A DNA stretch of 64,000 bases from Planctomycetota bacterium (GCA_965248445.1 CBDFJG010000004.1:1920001-1984000), one strand, 5' to 3'. Counted from the stretch's first letter, positions 30,771 to 40,328 are shown. Made by a program: numbers and translations. The notes: generated by a model from the sequence alone, not told the origin.

Positions 30771-30973
30771 TCGGCGGGCTCCGGGACACGGCGCATCGCG
30801 GCCACTCCCGCAAGCGCGCGGTTCTGTGCGGCTTCCTCGTCGTGCAGGTACGTGAACGCCTCTCCAAGCGACCACTCCCCGATCTGGAGTTCATCGCACA
30901 GGACTGCGCATGGTTCGTGAACACGCATGATGTTCCCGTGGCCGGGTTCAGGGTCGCTCGGCTGCTCGGTCAT
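30767..30973 (-). CDS. Small phage-like hypothetical protein
   Basis: 4-bp overlaps with both neighbours. Confidence 0.5.
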   Translation of the reverse strand: MTEQPSDPEPGHGNIMRVHEPCAVLCDELQIGEWSLGEAFTYLHDEEAAQNRALAGVAAMRRVPEPAE

Positions 30974-31206
30974 GGCTGAGTCTCCAGCGCGCGGGCGGCG
31001 GCTTCGAGGATGTCGTTCATCGCGTGGTAGTCGCAGGTGTTGAAGCAGAGTTCGCCTTCGTTGACCGTCTGGTCTGCGGGCCACCTTGCCGCCTTGCAGT
31101 CCGTCACGAACTCGACGGCCTTCTTGAGCGCAGCGGTCAGCGTCTCGATGCGGGTGTCATTCCCCGGACGGTGTACGGACACGCGGCCACAGAAGACACA
31201 CGTCAA
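30970..31206 (-). CDS. Small phage-like hypothetical protein (start uncertain)
   Basis: CxxC motifs; coupled to the downstream ORF. Confidence 0.45.
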   Translation of the reverse strand: MTCVFCGRVSVHRPGNDTRIETLTAALKKAVEFVTDCKAARWPADQTVNEGELCFNTCDYHAMNDILEAAARALETQP

Positions 31207-31489
31207 GACGTTTGTAGATTGCCGCTCCCCTATCAGCCGCAGCGCCAGCCGGGCGAGGTCGCCTCGGTCCTTCTCAACCGGCGTGTCGCAGTGGCGTATC
31301 GCAGCCCGTCCGCTCCAACACGACGTACCCCCTCGACTGAGCTACGCCGCCGGCCGTGTCACAATGTAACACGCGCGCAGCCGGAGCCTGCCAGCCGCGA
31401 GCCCCGAGAGTGGGCGCAAGGGTGTCCGCCGATCGCGCCATTCCGTGAGGCAGGCAAACGACTTAGGACGGCGCATACCGGAGGCAGAG

Positions 31490-32032
31490 ATGAGCGCATT
31501 CGTCGTGGGGAGAACCCATATCGCCTACTTGGTCGCGGCTGCGATGTCGCGGCGCCTGAACCCGTGCGGAGGCTCGTTCACCTGGTGGCACGCGAGCGAG
31601 CGGAAGCACTACACGCTGAACGCTGGTGCGACGGGCTACCCGGGCGCGCGCACGAACATCGAGAGCCCGGAGGCTGTCGGTCAGATGCTGTGGTCCGAGA
31701 ACATCCTGAGCGTGCTCGGTCGCTACCCGCAGTGCGACACCGAGACGATGCCGGGCCCGGGTGACGACGAGACGTTCGACTACCACGAGCACGTCACCCC
31801 GCGCATCGGCTACGAGACGCGAATCGACCCTGCCCAGGTGTGGCAGGCCGTGCGCTGCCTCGCCTACCAGTCGTGTGAGCACGCGGGCTGGGAGACCTCG
31901 AACGCCAAGGCGTTCTGCGACGCGCTGGAACAGGCGGCGTCCGCTCTGGTGAAGCAAGCCGAGACACGCCGCGGCAAGGACTTCCGCTACCAGTGGGAGA
32001 TCCGGGACGAGGTGACGGCGGTGCGGTCGTGA
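31490..32032 (+). CDS. MGE-type hypothetical protein with a YQSCE motif
   Basis: GGAGG RBS; GQMLW.EN..SV..RY and CLAYQSCEH..W motifs. Confidence 0.7.
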   Translation: MSAFVVGRTHIAYLVAAAMSRRLNPCGGSFTWWHASERKHYTLNAGATGYPGARTNIESPEAVGQMLWSENILSVLGRYPQCDTETMPGPGDDETFDYHEHVTPRIGYETRIDPAQVWQAVRCLAYQSCEHAGWETSNAKAFCDALEQAASALVKQAETRRGKDFRYQWEIRDEVTAVRS

Positions 32033-32292
32033 CCGCCGCCGACCGAGCCGCGGTGCGACTGATCGACACTGTGAGCGAGAGGACCGGGCGCGCGGCTCAT
32101 CGTGCGCTCGCGGTCATGTCGGAGACTGAGCGCGTCGAGGTGTCACTCGCGCGGGCCACGCACCACACGGCGAAGGCGGCGAAGGCCGTGATCCGCCACT
32201 ATCGGCCAGGGATGAACCTCTCCGAGATGTGCCGGGAGGCGGGCTTCGTTGCGGCGGTCGCGGCGAGGCGAGAGGCGGTGTCCCGTGGATAG
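32029..32292 (+). CDS. Hypothetical protein
   Basis: GTGA overlap within a coupled operon. Confidence 0.5.
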   Translation: MTAADRAAVRLIDTVSERTGRAAHRALAVMSETERVEVSLARATHHTAKAAKAVIRHYRPGMNLSEMCREAGFVAAVAARREAVSRG

Positions 32293-33100
32293 GGCGGCGC
32301 ACACTCCGGGACTGTGGCTGGTGATCTTCGACGCGACCGACGCTCGGGTCTACGCCAACGAGGCGGCGGCGCGCTTCGTGGCGCGGCAGACGGAAGAGGC
32401 GACGGGCGACAACGTCGTCCCTCGCGCGATGCCGCTCTCGGTCGCGTTGGCGGCGCCGGACCTGCTGGAGGCGCTCGACGGTATCCGGACGCTCGTGCAA
32501 CGTCCTCCCTTGCGGAGCATGGAGGAGCAGGCCGAGCGGTTGCTCGACGCTGTGTGGAACGCTGCCCGCGCGGCCCTCGCGAAGGCGGACGACGGTGCGG
32601 CGCCCCACGCGGGCCGCGCGAAGGCAATCGCCGAGGGCGATGAGGTCCCGGACGCCCTTCGCGGCGGGTACGGTCTCGACCGCCCCGAGTACGTCTGCGC
32701 GGCCTGCGGCGGCGACAGCGTGCAGGGCATCCAACTGGTGAACCCGAACGCGCCTGCCGATGTGACGCAGCACGACACGGAGGGGCTGACGTGGCGTCCC
32801 GGGAAGTGCCTGGAGATCGCTACGTGGTGCTACGACTGCGGCACGGACGGCGAGGGGAACGGGCTCGGCATCGTGCTCGCTTCGAAGTACGAGCCGGGCG
32901 ACGCGGTCGCCACGGCGGTCTTCGGCCCCGGCTGTCCGTGCGGCTGCGGGAACGCGGCGGACGACTGCGAGAGCGGCTCGGGCAAGTGCGAGGACTGCGG
33001 CGCGGTAGTGCCTACGACGGAGCTTGTCCCGTGGGATGACGGCGCGATCTGCAAGGCATGCGACGCGAAGTCGCACCCGGAGAAGGGCGGTGCGTCGTGA
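32285..33100 (+). CDS. Phage-like multi-CxxC protein
   Basis: HTPG.W, LAAPDLLEAL, several CxxC pairs. Confidence 0.65.
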   Translation: MDRAAHTPGLWLVIFDATDARVYANEAAARFVARQTEEATGDNVVPRAMPLSVALAAPDLLEALDGIRTLVQRPPLRSMEEQAERLLDAVWNAARAALAKADDGAAPHAGRAKAIAEGDEVPDALRGGYGLDRPEYVCAACGGDSVQGIQLVNPNAPADVTQHDTEGLTWRPGKCLEIATWCYDCGTDGEGNGLGIVLASKYEPGDAVATAVFGPGCPCGCGNAADDCESGSGKCEDCGAVVPTTELVPWDDGAICKACDAKSHPEKGGAS

Positions 33101-33435
33101 GTCTGCCTCGCTTCCTTCTGATCGCGCGCACGCCGGACGGGCGCCGGGGCGAGAGCCTCGGTTTCCTGACCGAGGGCGACGCGCTGGACGCGTTCGCGGA
33201 CCTGAACGCCGCGGGTTTCGACCTTGCGGCGGTGCGGCTCCCGGGCGCGCGTCACGACGGCGAGGGCGAGTGTCGCGCGTGCGGCGTTGGTCTCGCGTCC
33301 CCTTGCGAATGCGGGATGTGCGATGACGCGGCGTGCTGGTGCCGGCGGGTCGCGCCTGGCGACCACGCGGCGCGTATCCGCGAGATCGTCGCGACGCTTG
33401 GCGCGGCGCCCGCGTTCGGCGGAGGTGCGTCATGA
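33097..33435 (+). CDS. Cys-rich hypothetical protein
   Basis: Coupled at both ends; CxxC...CxCxxC. Confidence 0.55.
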   Translation: MSLPRFLLIARTPDGRRGESLGFLTEGDALDAFADLNAAGFDLAAVRLPGARHDGEGECRACGVGLASPCECGMCDDAACWCRRVAPGDHAARIREIVATLGAAPAFGGGAS

Positions 33436-34346
33436 GGGCCGTCGATCTCTTCGCGGGCGCTGGTGGCTTCACCACCGGCGCGACAGCCGCGGGCGTGGAC
33501 GTCCTGCTCGCGCTGAATCACTGGGCGGCGGCCGTGGACATCCACGCGCGCAACCACGGCGGCGTCACGCACTGGACGCAGGACGCGCAAGAGGCGGACT
33601 GGCGGCTGGTGCCGGACCACGATCTGCTGCTGGCGTCGCCTGCCTGCCAGGGACACTCCCAGGCGGGGCAGCCCGGCCGGTGGCAGTCTGGCGTACTGCG
33701 GCGGCAACAGGCGGACCGGAACACCGCGTGGGCGGTGATCGCGTGCGCGGAGACCAAGAGGCCGCGGACCATCTTGGTCGAGAACGTGGCGGACTTCCTG
33801 CGGTGGCCGCTGTTCGGCGGGTGGACGCGGTGCCTGGAACTGCTCGGCTACGTGGTGCGCACGCACGTCTTCGACGTCGCGGACTTCGGGCTGCCGCAGA
33901 ACCGCGTCCGCGCGATCGTGACGGCGCGGCAGGGCGAGGCGCTGGACCTCGCGTCACCCGGGCTTGAGTGGCGCGGCTTCGGGCCGTGCGTGGACTGGGC
34001 GGCCGGGGAGTGGGCGGCGGTCGCGGGAAAGACCGCGGGCGTGCGCCGGCGGATCCAGCGCGGGAGGGATCGCGGCCTCGGGCGGCGGTTCCTGACCCAC
34101 TACGTGACCGGTCACCCGGGGCGGTCGCTCTCGCGGCCGATCGGGTGCGTGACCACGAAGGCGCAATGGGCGGTCGTTGACGGCGACCGCACGCGGATGC
34201 TGAGCACGGCGGAGTTGCGTCGTGCGATGGGGTTCCCGGCGGACTACGTTCTGCCGACCGGGAAGACGCTGGCGCTGCGGATGCTCGGGAACGCGATCCC
34301 GCCTGGGTTCGCGCAAGAGTTGGTCGCGCAGGCGGTGGCGGCATGA
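33432..34346 (+). CDS. Orphan DNA (cytosine-5)-methyltransferase
   Basis: Motifs I DLFAGAGG, IV SPACQGHS, VI ENV, VIII QNRVR, X GNAIP. Confidence 0.92.
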   Translation: MRAVDLFAGAGGFTTGATAAGVDVLLALNHWAAAVDIHARNHGGVTHWTQDAQEADWRLVPDHDLLLASPACQGHSQAGQPGRWQSGVLRRQQADRNTAWAVIACAETKRPRTILVENVADFLRWPLFGGWTRCLELLGYVVRTHVFDVADFGLPQNRVRAIVTARQGEALDLASPGLEWRGFGPCVDWAAGEWAAVAGKTAGVRRRIQRGRDRGLGRRFLTHYVTGHPGRSLSRPIGCVTTKAQWAVVDGDRTRMLSTAELRRAMGFPADYVLPTGKTLALRMLGNAIPPGFAQELVAQAVAA

Positions 34347-35072
34347 GCGGCGGAGGCACAGGGTCGCGGGATCGGCGGCGGAAGGTGGTGGCGCTCGTCC
34401 GCGTGTCCACCGAGAGCCAGCACCTGGACCGCCAGATCTCGCGGGCGCAGGCGTGGGCGGACGCGAATGGCTGTCGGCTGGGGATCCGAGAGGAGAAGGC
34501 GTCGGGGCGGTCGCGGGATCGGCCGGTGCTCGACAAGCTGATCCGGGACTGCCGGGCGGGCCGCGTGCGCGTCGTGTGGGTGGATGACTTCGACCGGTTA
34601 TCGCGGTCACTCGAAGGCGGCATCCGGACGATGGCGGAACTCAGTCGCCTCGGCGTGCGTGTACGTGCGGGAGTTGGACGTCGACTACGGGACCGCGGAG
34701 GGCGCGCTGAAGGCGGCGCTGTTCCTGGCGCTCGCGGAGTACTTCGCGCGGAAGCTCGGAGAGCGCACGAAGGCGGGACTCGAGGCGGCGCGGCTTCGCG
34801 GAGAGCGGATCGGCCGGCAGCCGTACGTGTGGACGGCGCTGGACGACCAGCGGCTGCGGCAACTCGCGGCCGCTGGATGGGCGATCAAGCGGATCCATCG
34901 GGAGGGCGGCCTGCGGCTGTTCCGCGGCGTGAAGGTGGACGGCGAGTGGACCGAGCGGGCGTCGTCGCCGAGCCGGAAGCTGATCCGGACGCGGATGGTC
35001 GAGCTGGGGTTGAAGAAGCGCCCCGTAGTATCCGGGCAGGACGGTGCGCGACGCACCGAGGGGAGGGCGTGA
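34343..35072 (+). pseudogene. Serine recombinase (resolvase/invertase) with a frameshift near 34660
   Basis: VRVST, SGRSRDRP and DRLSRS in one frame; ERTKAGLEAAR.RG..IGR in the other. Confidence 0.85.
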
Positions 35073-35338
35073 TGTCAGTTGTGTTTGCGAGCTACGACCT
35101 GCAGAAGCCTGGCCAGCCTTGGGCGGCGGTTGACGAGGCGCTCAAGAAGCTGAAGGGCTACCGCGCTCTCGAAACCTTCTGGTTCTTCGCGGCGCCGACA
35201 ACGGTGAAGCAGGTCACTGCCGTGTTCCGCCGTCTCGCGGACGACAACGACAAATGGTTCGTCGGCACAGCGTCGGACCCGGCGGGGTGGGAACTGGCGT
35301 CCGCCGACTGGGACAAGTGGCTCCAGGAGAGCCTGTAG
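35072..35338 (+). CDS. Small SinR/Cas2-like (ferredoxin-like fold) protein
   Basis: hhhSYDL..PGQ.W..V..AL....ET.W...DDND..FV pattern; TGATG coupling. Confidence 0.6.
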   Translation: MSVVFASYDLQKPGQPWAAVDEALKKLKGYRALETFWFFAAPTTVKQVTAVFRRLADDNDKWFVGTASDPAGWELASADWDKWLQESL

Positions 35339-35383
35339 GCGGGAATAGCCGTCACGGCCGAGCGCGCGGCCGGGCGCGGCGGC

Positions 35384-35653
35384 TCACGCCCGCTCCTTGA
35401 CCCACGCCCAGACGGCATCGACTCCCTCTATGTCGTCGTCCGGGGCGTCGTCGCGGATCTCGCAGATGATGCACGAGCAGCCGGCGGCGTTGCGTGGTCG
35501 GCCGTGCGTCTCCTGCCACTCCGGATCGCCGTGGTCGTACTCGTGTGGCGCGCAGAGCACGATGACGAGGGTGTCCTCGTCGCACTCGCCGCAGCCGCAG
35601 TTCCGCGTGAGCGAGCAGCTGCACAGTAGCGTGACGGTCTCGGGCTTCGTCAC
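35384..35653 (-). CDS. Cys-rich phage-like hypothetical protein
   Basis: CSC..CGC..C...CSCIIC; GTGA coupling. Confidence 0.55.
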   Translation of the reverse strand: MTKPETVTLLCSCSLTRNCGCGECDEDTLVIVLCAPHEYDHGDPEWQETHGRPRNAAGCSCIICEIRDDAPDDDIEGVDAVWAWVKERA

Positions 35654-35940
35654 GACGCCTCGCCCTCCGCGACCTGGTCGCGCTCGCAGGCCGCGGGTCG
35701 CGCCTCGAACAGCTGGCACTGCATCACGCAACCGACTTGGACGGCGCCCTGGTGCCCCTCGGGCCGCGGCATGAACTCGTGCCGGCAGTGCGAGTGGGTG
35801 ACTCCCTGGTCCGACAAGTTCGCCTCCAGTGCGCCTTCGCCGACGAGCTTCACCGTGCCGGGGGCGATGTCGATCGTGAACCCCCACTTGCAGGATCCGC
35901 AGATCGTGCGGGAGCCGACGGACTCGGGCTTGTCGCTCAT
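35650..35940 (-). CDS. Phage-like hypothetical protein
   Basis: GAGGAG RBS; CxxC. Confidence 0.55.
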   Translation of the reverse strand: MSDKPESVGSRTICGSCKWGFTIDIAPGTVKLVGEGALEANLSDQGVTHSHCRHEFMPRPEGHQGAVQVGCVMQCQLFEARPAACERDQVAEGEAS

Positions 35941-36395
35941 GCAGTGCTCCTCGCGGCGATGCGGCGGCGCTCCTTGGCCAACCTCGCGACCGCCCGCCGT
36001 TGCGCCTCTGCCGCGTCGCACGTGCACGGCGGCCCGCTGAGTCGGCGGCAGCCCGTGTCGCGCGACAGCGGCAGAGTGTCAACCTGTTGAAAACGTGTCG
36101 GTGACGGGACACGAGCGCCGCTCTCCCATCGGCTCGTCGCTAGACTCTCCCCATGCAGCCACCACGCCGCCCGCGCCGCTGGAGCCCTCGCGCGTTCGGT
36201 GTTGTCGTCCGCGTGGCGGCGGTCGTCGGCCTGGTGGCGATGGTGGGGTGGCCGGAGACTCACGGTGTGAGTCGGTACTGGGGGACGGAGGACAAGTTCG
36301 ACCTCACGTCGTTCCGGTGGCGCGGCGATCCGGAGGTCGTTTGGTTTGACGCGCGGTCCCCCCGGGGCACGGTGGTACCGACCGCGTCGTGCGCT

Positions 36396-37070
36396 TCACC
36401 CCACGCCCCACGCGACCACGTTCGCGACCGTGTGCACGATCCAGCCGTACAGGAGGCTCCCGGTCCACTGCCTGGCGAGGCCGATTACAGCCGCGCCAAG
36501 AAGGACGTACATCAACTGGAACGTCGCGAAACGCGGGGGCATCGCCGCGAAGTTCGGTAGGTGCCAGGCGGTGAACACGAGGGCGGTCAGGAGGAGCGGC
36601 CACTCGATGGGCAGCCACGCGATAACGCGGCCACTCCAAGCGCTGTCCAGAACGCGGTAGACGAAACCGAAGAATACGAGATCCTGCGCCGCGGGCGACA
36701 CCGTCCACATGCTCGATGACGCCCCCTTGAAGGCGTGTAGATCGAGCAACGGATAGACCACCACGGTCAGCAGGAGCGGAACGCCGCACACGACGAGCAC
36801 GCCGCGCCAGTGCTCGCGGATGCGTCCGATCACGAGCCCGCTGCGCACGGGTGCCCAGAGCGTCAGCGCCAATCCGTAGACCAGCGTCCAGCCCTCGAAC
36901 CAGTAGGACCATGTGACACCGCACAGCCACACCGGCGGCCCCGCCGTCCTGGCGAGCCAGCGCCAGATTGCGTGCCAGAGTGCCGCGGCAGCTAGCCCAA
37001 TGCAGAGCGACACCGCACGGCGAGCGCGCGACGGTAGCGGTGCTGTGGAGTCCTCGAGGCGTTGGTACAT
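36396..37070 (-). CDS. CPBP (CAAX protease/Abi) family membrane protein
   Basis: AQDLVFFG (EExxFRG position), FTAWH, HTVAN. Confidence 0.75.
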   Translation of the reverse strand: MYQRLEDSTAPLPSRARRAVSLCIGLAAAALWHAIWRWLARTAGPPVWLCGVTWSYWFEGWTLVYGLALTLWAPVRSGLVIGRIREHWRGVLVVCGVPLLLTVVVYPLLDLHAFKGASSSMWTVSPAAQDLVFFGFVYRVLDSAWSGRVIAWLPIEWPLLLTALVFTAWHLPNFAAMPPRFATFQLMYVLLGAAVIGLARQWTGSLLYGWIVHTVANVVAWGVG

Positions 37071-37109
37071 GAATGCCCTGGTGGTCCGCCGGTCACCATC
37101 AGCGAGCCT

Positions 37110-37225
37110 TCCGTCACAAGGGGGCAAGGGTCGAGCAAGCGATCCAGGGTACATCTCTCGTTCAGGACCAAGTACCGAGTCAGCAACTGGCCCGAGTACG
37201 ACCGCGGACTCGTCCGGCGAGGCGT
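37110..37225 (+). pseudogene. 5' remnant of an IS5 (IS903-like) element
   Basis: KYRVSNWPEYDRGLVRRG motif. Confidence 0.7.
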
Positions 37226-37471
37226 GCCTGCAATGCCCTCAACTGGATGATCGGCGTCGGGCGGTAGAGGACGCGAGCCGCTGGGGCGGATTCGGCAGTT
37301 GCTGATCCATGCACGAACACCGAGAACACCGCTCAGCGCAACTCGTCGTGGAACCCGTGGAGCTCCGCTGGTAGCGACGGATCGCGTTGCGCCGGCAGAC
37401 TGTAGGACCTGCACGCCGACGTCAGCAGCGACGCGAGCCACGAGAGCACTCACCAACGCCTCCTAGGCCTC

Positions 37472-38227
37472 CTACGCCTCAACCGGCCTACTGCCGTGCT
37501 CGCAGCCTTCATGAGGGTCGCGGACTACATATCCGACGACGGCCATGAGGGCGAAGCCGAGAACCGACACGACGTAACCGACTCGGTACTGACCGAGAAC
37601 CGCGACGACGCGGTCCTGGGTCAGCGGAATGGCGCGATGGGCGAGCTGCAAGTCGGCGACGACGAACGACAGAACGTGCGCAAGTCCAAGCGCGGCCTGG
37701 GCGGAGATCGTCGCGAGGGGATCCTGGATCCATCCACGACCGCGCCGTCTCCAGTACAGGATGGCGATCACCGCGAGCCAGATTGCACCGATCTCGAGCC
37801 ACCGGAGGGCTCCCGAGAGCACGCCGACGTAGTCGGAGTAGAGATACGATGCCTCGATCGCAACGACGATCGCAGACAGGTAGGCGAGCGATTCGGAGGA
37901 TGCCGCGGTCAAGCGCGATCGGGGGCATCGATGTAACACCGCGAGGGAGACCGCCCAGACCGGAACGAACAAGTACGGATACACGCGCCGGACCGCCCAG
38001 AGCCCGGCAAGGAACTCATCCCAGGTGTGACCGCACGGTGCTGCGCCCGCGATCAATTCGCTCGGCACGATGTGCCGAGGACCTCCCGTTGGACCGATCT
38101 TCACTTCGACGAGCGGTAGGAATGCGGACACCACGACGGTCACGATGGCGGTCCACCGAACAGCACGCCACGTCAACATGTCCGTGCGCGGCGGGGCAGA
38201 TGCCTGGTTCACACGGTCACTGTCCAT
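37472..38227 (-). CDS. Multi-pass membrane protein
   Basis: About 6 hydrophobic segments; overlaps the WD40 gene end. Confidence 0.7.
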   Translation of the reverse strand: MDSDRVNQASAPPRTDMLTWRAVRWTAIVTVVVSAFLPLVEVKIGPTGGPRHIVPSELIAGAAPCGHTWDEFLAGLWAVRRVYPYLFVPVWAVSLAVLHRCPRSRLTAASSESLAYLSAIVVAIEASYLYSDYVGVLSGALRWLEIGAIWLAVIAILYWRRRGRGWIQDPLATISAQAALGLAHVLSFVVADLQLAHRAIPLTQDRVVAVLGQYRVGYVVSVLGFALMAVVGYVVRDPHEGCEHGSRPVEA

Positions 38228-40253
38228 CGCCGTCGCGGGCGGAACGACCCAGTTTCCAGACGATCACACGCGCATCCACACCGCCGGAGACAATGCGGTC
38301 GGCGGAGCGATCGAGGCAGACGCGCAGAACAGCGCCATGGTGACGCTTGCCGACGAGTTGCGGCTCGCTGCCGTCAAGACCGATCCGACGTACGGTTCCG
38401 TCGTCATACCCGACCGCCGCCAGCTCTCCGGACAACGCAACGTCGAAGCACCTTGGACCGCTGCCGAGCTGGGTACGGGTCATCTCCACAGCGCTCTGCG
38501 GCGTGATCCTCCAACTCGTCAGATCTCCGCCCGCAAGAACAAAGAGCGTGTCGATGCTCTGGATACCGAAACTCACGCCCTTGATCAGCCCCGTGTTCGC
38601 GTCTGGCTCAGGAGTGAATTCATGTAGTATTTCAAGGCTCTCTGCGTCCCGTACCCGGACTCGTGTGCCTGACACGACCTGCGCGAGCAGCGCCGCATCC
38701 CGTGATGCGCTGATGTGCCCGCCCATGCCGCCGCCCGACTCCGACCACCGCCCCGAGCGGTCACTCGATTCGAGACGGTGTGTCCAGACTCTGGCGTCCG
38801 AGAACGAGAGGAATACACGCGTGCCGGCGGCATCGACGGCGAGTCCGCGCACATCGCCCGCCGGCGCCTCGATCGAGAACTGAACAGCCCCGGAGTCGTG
38901 GTCGCGCACAGTCAGCCGGCCAGCGACCGTGCGGTGGACGATGATCGCCGCTCGTCTGACGTGGACGAGGTCGCGGACCTCGCGCTCCACGAGAGTTGCG
39001 TCAACGAGTTCGCAGCGTTCGCCCAACGCCCAGCGCCGGAGATCGCCCTCGCCTCCGACCGTCCACGTCACGTTGCCGTCGACCGCGAGAGCGGCCGAGC
39101 GAATGGGACCGACGTGCGAACTCGGTTCTCCTATCTCACGTCCGGTCGTCAGGTCCCACGTCCGCAGCACTCCGGACTCGAGAAGCACGGTCACTTCGGC
39201 GCCACCCGGCCGAGCGGCCATCGCCACGACTGCCGCGCCCGTATCGTCGACGATCTGCCGCACCCTTCCGCTCGCAACGTCCCACTCGAACACGGTGTTG
39301 CGGCGCCAGATGAACGCACGACCCGGCGTGGCTGTCACGACACCACACCACAGGGGTGTCTCCTCGCCGGGGAGCCGCGCCGCCGGCAGATCCGACTGCG
39401 ACCCGTCTCGTAGATTCACCAACACGGCGCGGCCAGATCGTTCTCCGAGCACGATGAGTTCCGTCGGCGTCGACGTGACGCCGAGCCAGCGTTCACTCTT
39501 GTCCAACATCGTCACCTGGCGCACGGTGTGTGCCGCCTCGTCGAATACTTCGACGCGACCGGTCTCGCGGAGGACCACGACGTCACGCCGCGAGTGGGCA
39601 TCTAGCCAAACTGCCCCACTTCCTCGCGTAGAGACGAGTGTCAACTCCTCCCCGTGACTCAGACTGGCGACGCCGAGCGTTCCATCGGGCCACGAGACGA
39701 CGGCGGACCCGTCGTCGGTCTCCGCGAACGCCAACGCACCGACCGGAGGCCCGCCCGGGATAGTTCGTAGAAGTTGTCCGCGCTCTGACCAGACGAAGAT
39801 TGACCCGGACGCGACGGTGATGACGGACCCCGTCGTTCTGCTCCAGACCAGCGTCGACGCAATGTCTGCGCCATCGGCGAGTTCGAGGTGGCGCTGGATG
39901 ACTTCAACAAGAGACGGCTTGGCGTCATCGTCGCGGACCGTGTGTGCGTGAAAGCGAGCAGACACCGCCCGCGATCGTGTATCCCAGATCGTGACCGTGC
40001 CGTCCGCTGACGCGCACAAGAGCCGTTCGCCATCGCTCGAGTACGTTGGCGGCACCACGACGAACGGCGGCGCGACGCGGAACCCCCGTGGGCTGAGTTC
40101 GACGGAGCACCCCGCGCGCGCCGGCTGCTCAGCGGGACTGCACCGCGCGGCGCCGAACGGGAGCCACGCAATCGCAGCGAGACCGACGAGAACGGCGAAG
40201 AATCGGCGAGCGGAGTTCGGAGACGTCAAGTGGTCCGCCCGACATGGTGACAT
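38217..40253 (-). CDS. Exported WD40/beta-propeller protein
   Basis: SADGTVTIWD, GVLRTWD, SHVGPI, GYDDGTV, SGGVDARVIVW repeats; N-terminal TM. Confidence 0.85.
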   Translation of the reverse strand: MSPCRADHLTSPNSARRFFAVLVGLAAIAWLPFGAARCSPAEQPARAGCSVELSPRGFRVAPPFVVVPPTYSSDGERLLCASADGTVTIWDTRSRAVSARFHAHTVRDDDAKPSLVEVIQRHLELADGADIASTLVWSRTTGSVITVASGSIFVWSERGQLLRTIPGGPPVGALAFAETDDGSAVVSWPDGTLGVASLSHGEELTLVSTRGSGAVWLDAHSRRDVVVLRETGRVEVFDEAAHTVRQVTMLDKSERWLGVTSTPTELIVLGERSGRAVLVNLRDGSQSDLPAARLPGEETPLWCGVVTATPGRAFIWRRNTVFEWDVASGRVRQIVDDTGAAVVAMAARPGGAEVTVLLESGVLRTWDLTTGREIGEPSSHVGPIRSAALAVDGNVTWTVGGEGDLRRWALGERCELVDATLVEREVRDLVHVRRAAIIVHRTVAGRLTVRDHDSGAVQFSIEAPAGDVRGLAVDAAGTRVFLSFSDARVWTHRLESSDRSGRWSESGGGMGGHISASRDAALLAQVVSGTRVRVRDAESLEILHEFTPEPDANTGLIKGVSFGIQSIDTLFVLAGGDLTSWRITPQSAVEMTRTQLGSGPRCFDVALSGELAAVGYDDGTVRRIGLDGSEPQLVGKRHHGAVLRVCLDRSADRIVSGGVDARVIVWKLGRSARDGDGQ

Positions 40254-40328
40254 GAGTCGGCGACGTCGCGTGCTCGGTGGGCGGCGTCCCACGAGAAGGT
40301 GGCCGTGCCACGCGCGCGGCCGTCAGAG

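Larger units (their letters stand above)
28450..36100. mobile_element. Prophage/integrative-element remnant (integration and early-gene region only); boundaries approximate
   Basis: Integrase, excisionase, orphan methylase, resolvase and many short translationally coupled Cys-rich ORFs; no structural genes. Confidence 0.7.

Noticed and set aside
34343..35338. 331-aa recombinase fusion
   Set aside because: Product of the frameshift; the last 88 aa form a separate gene with its own RBS.
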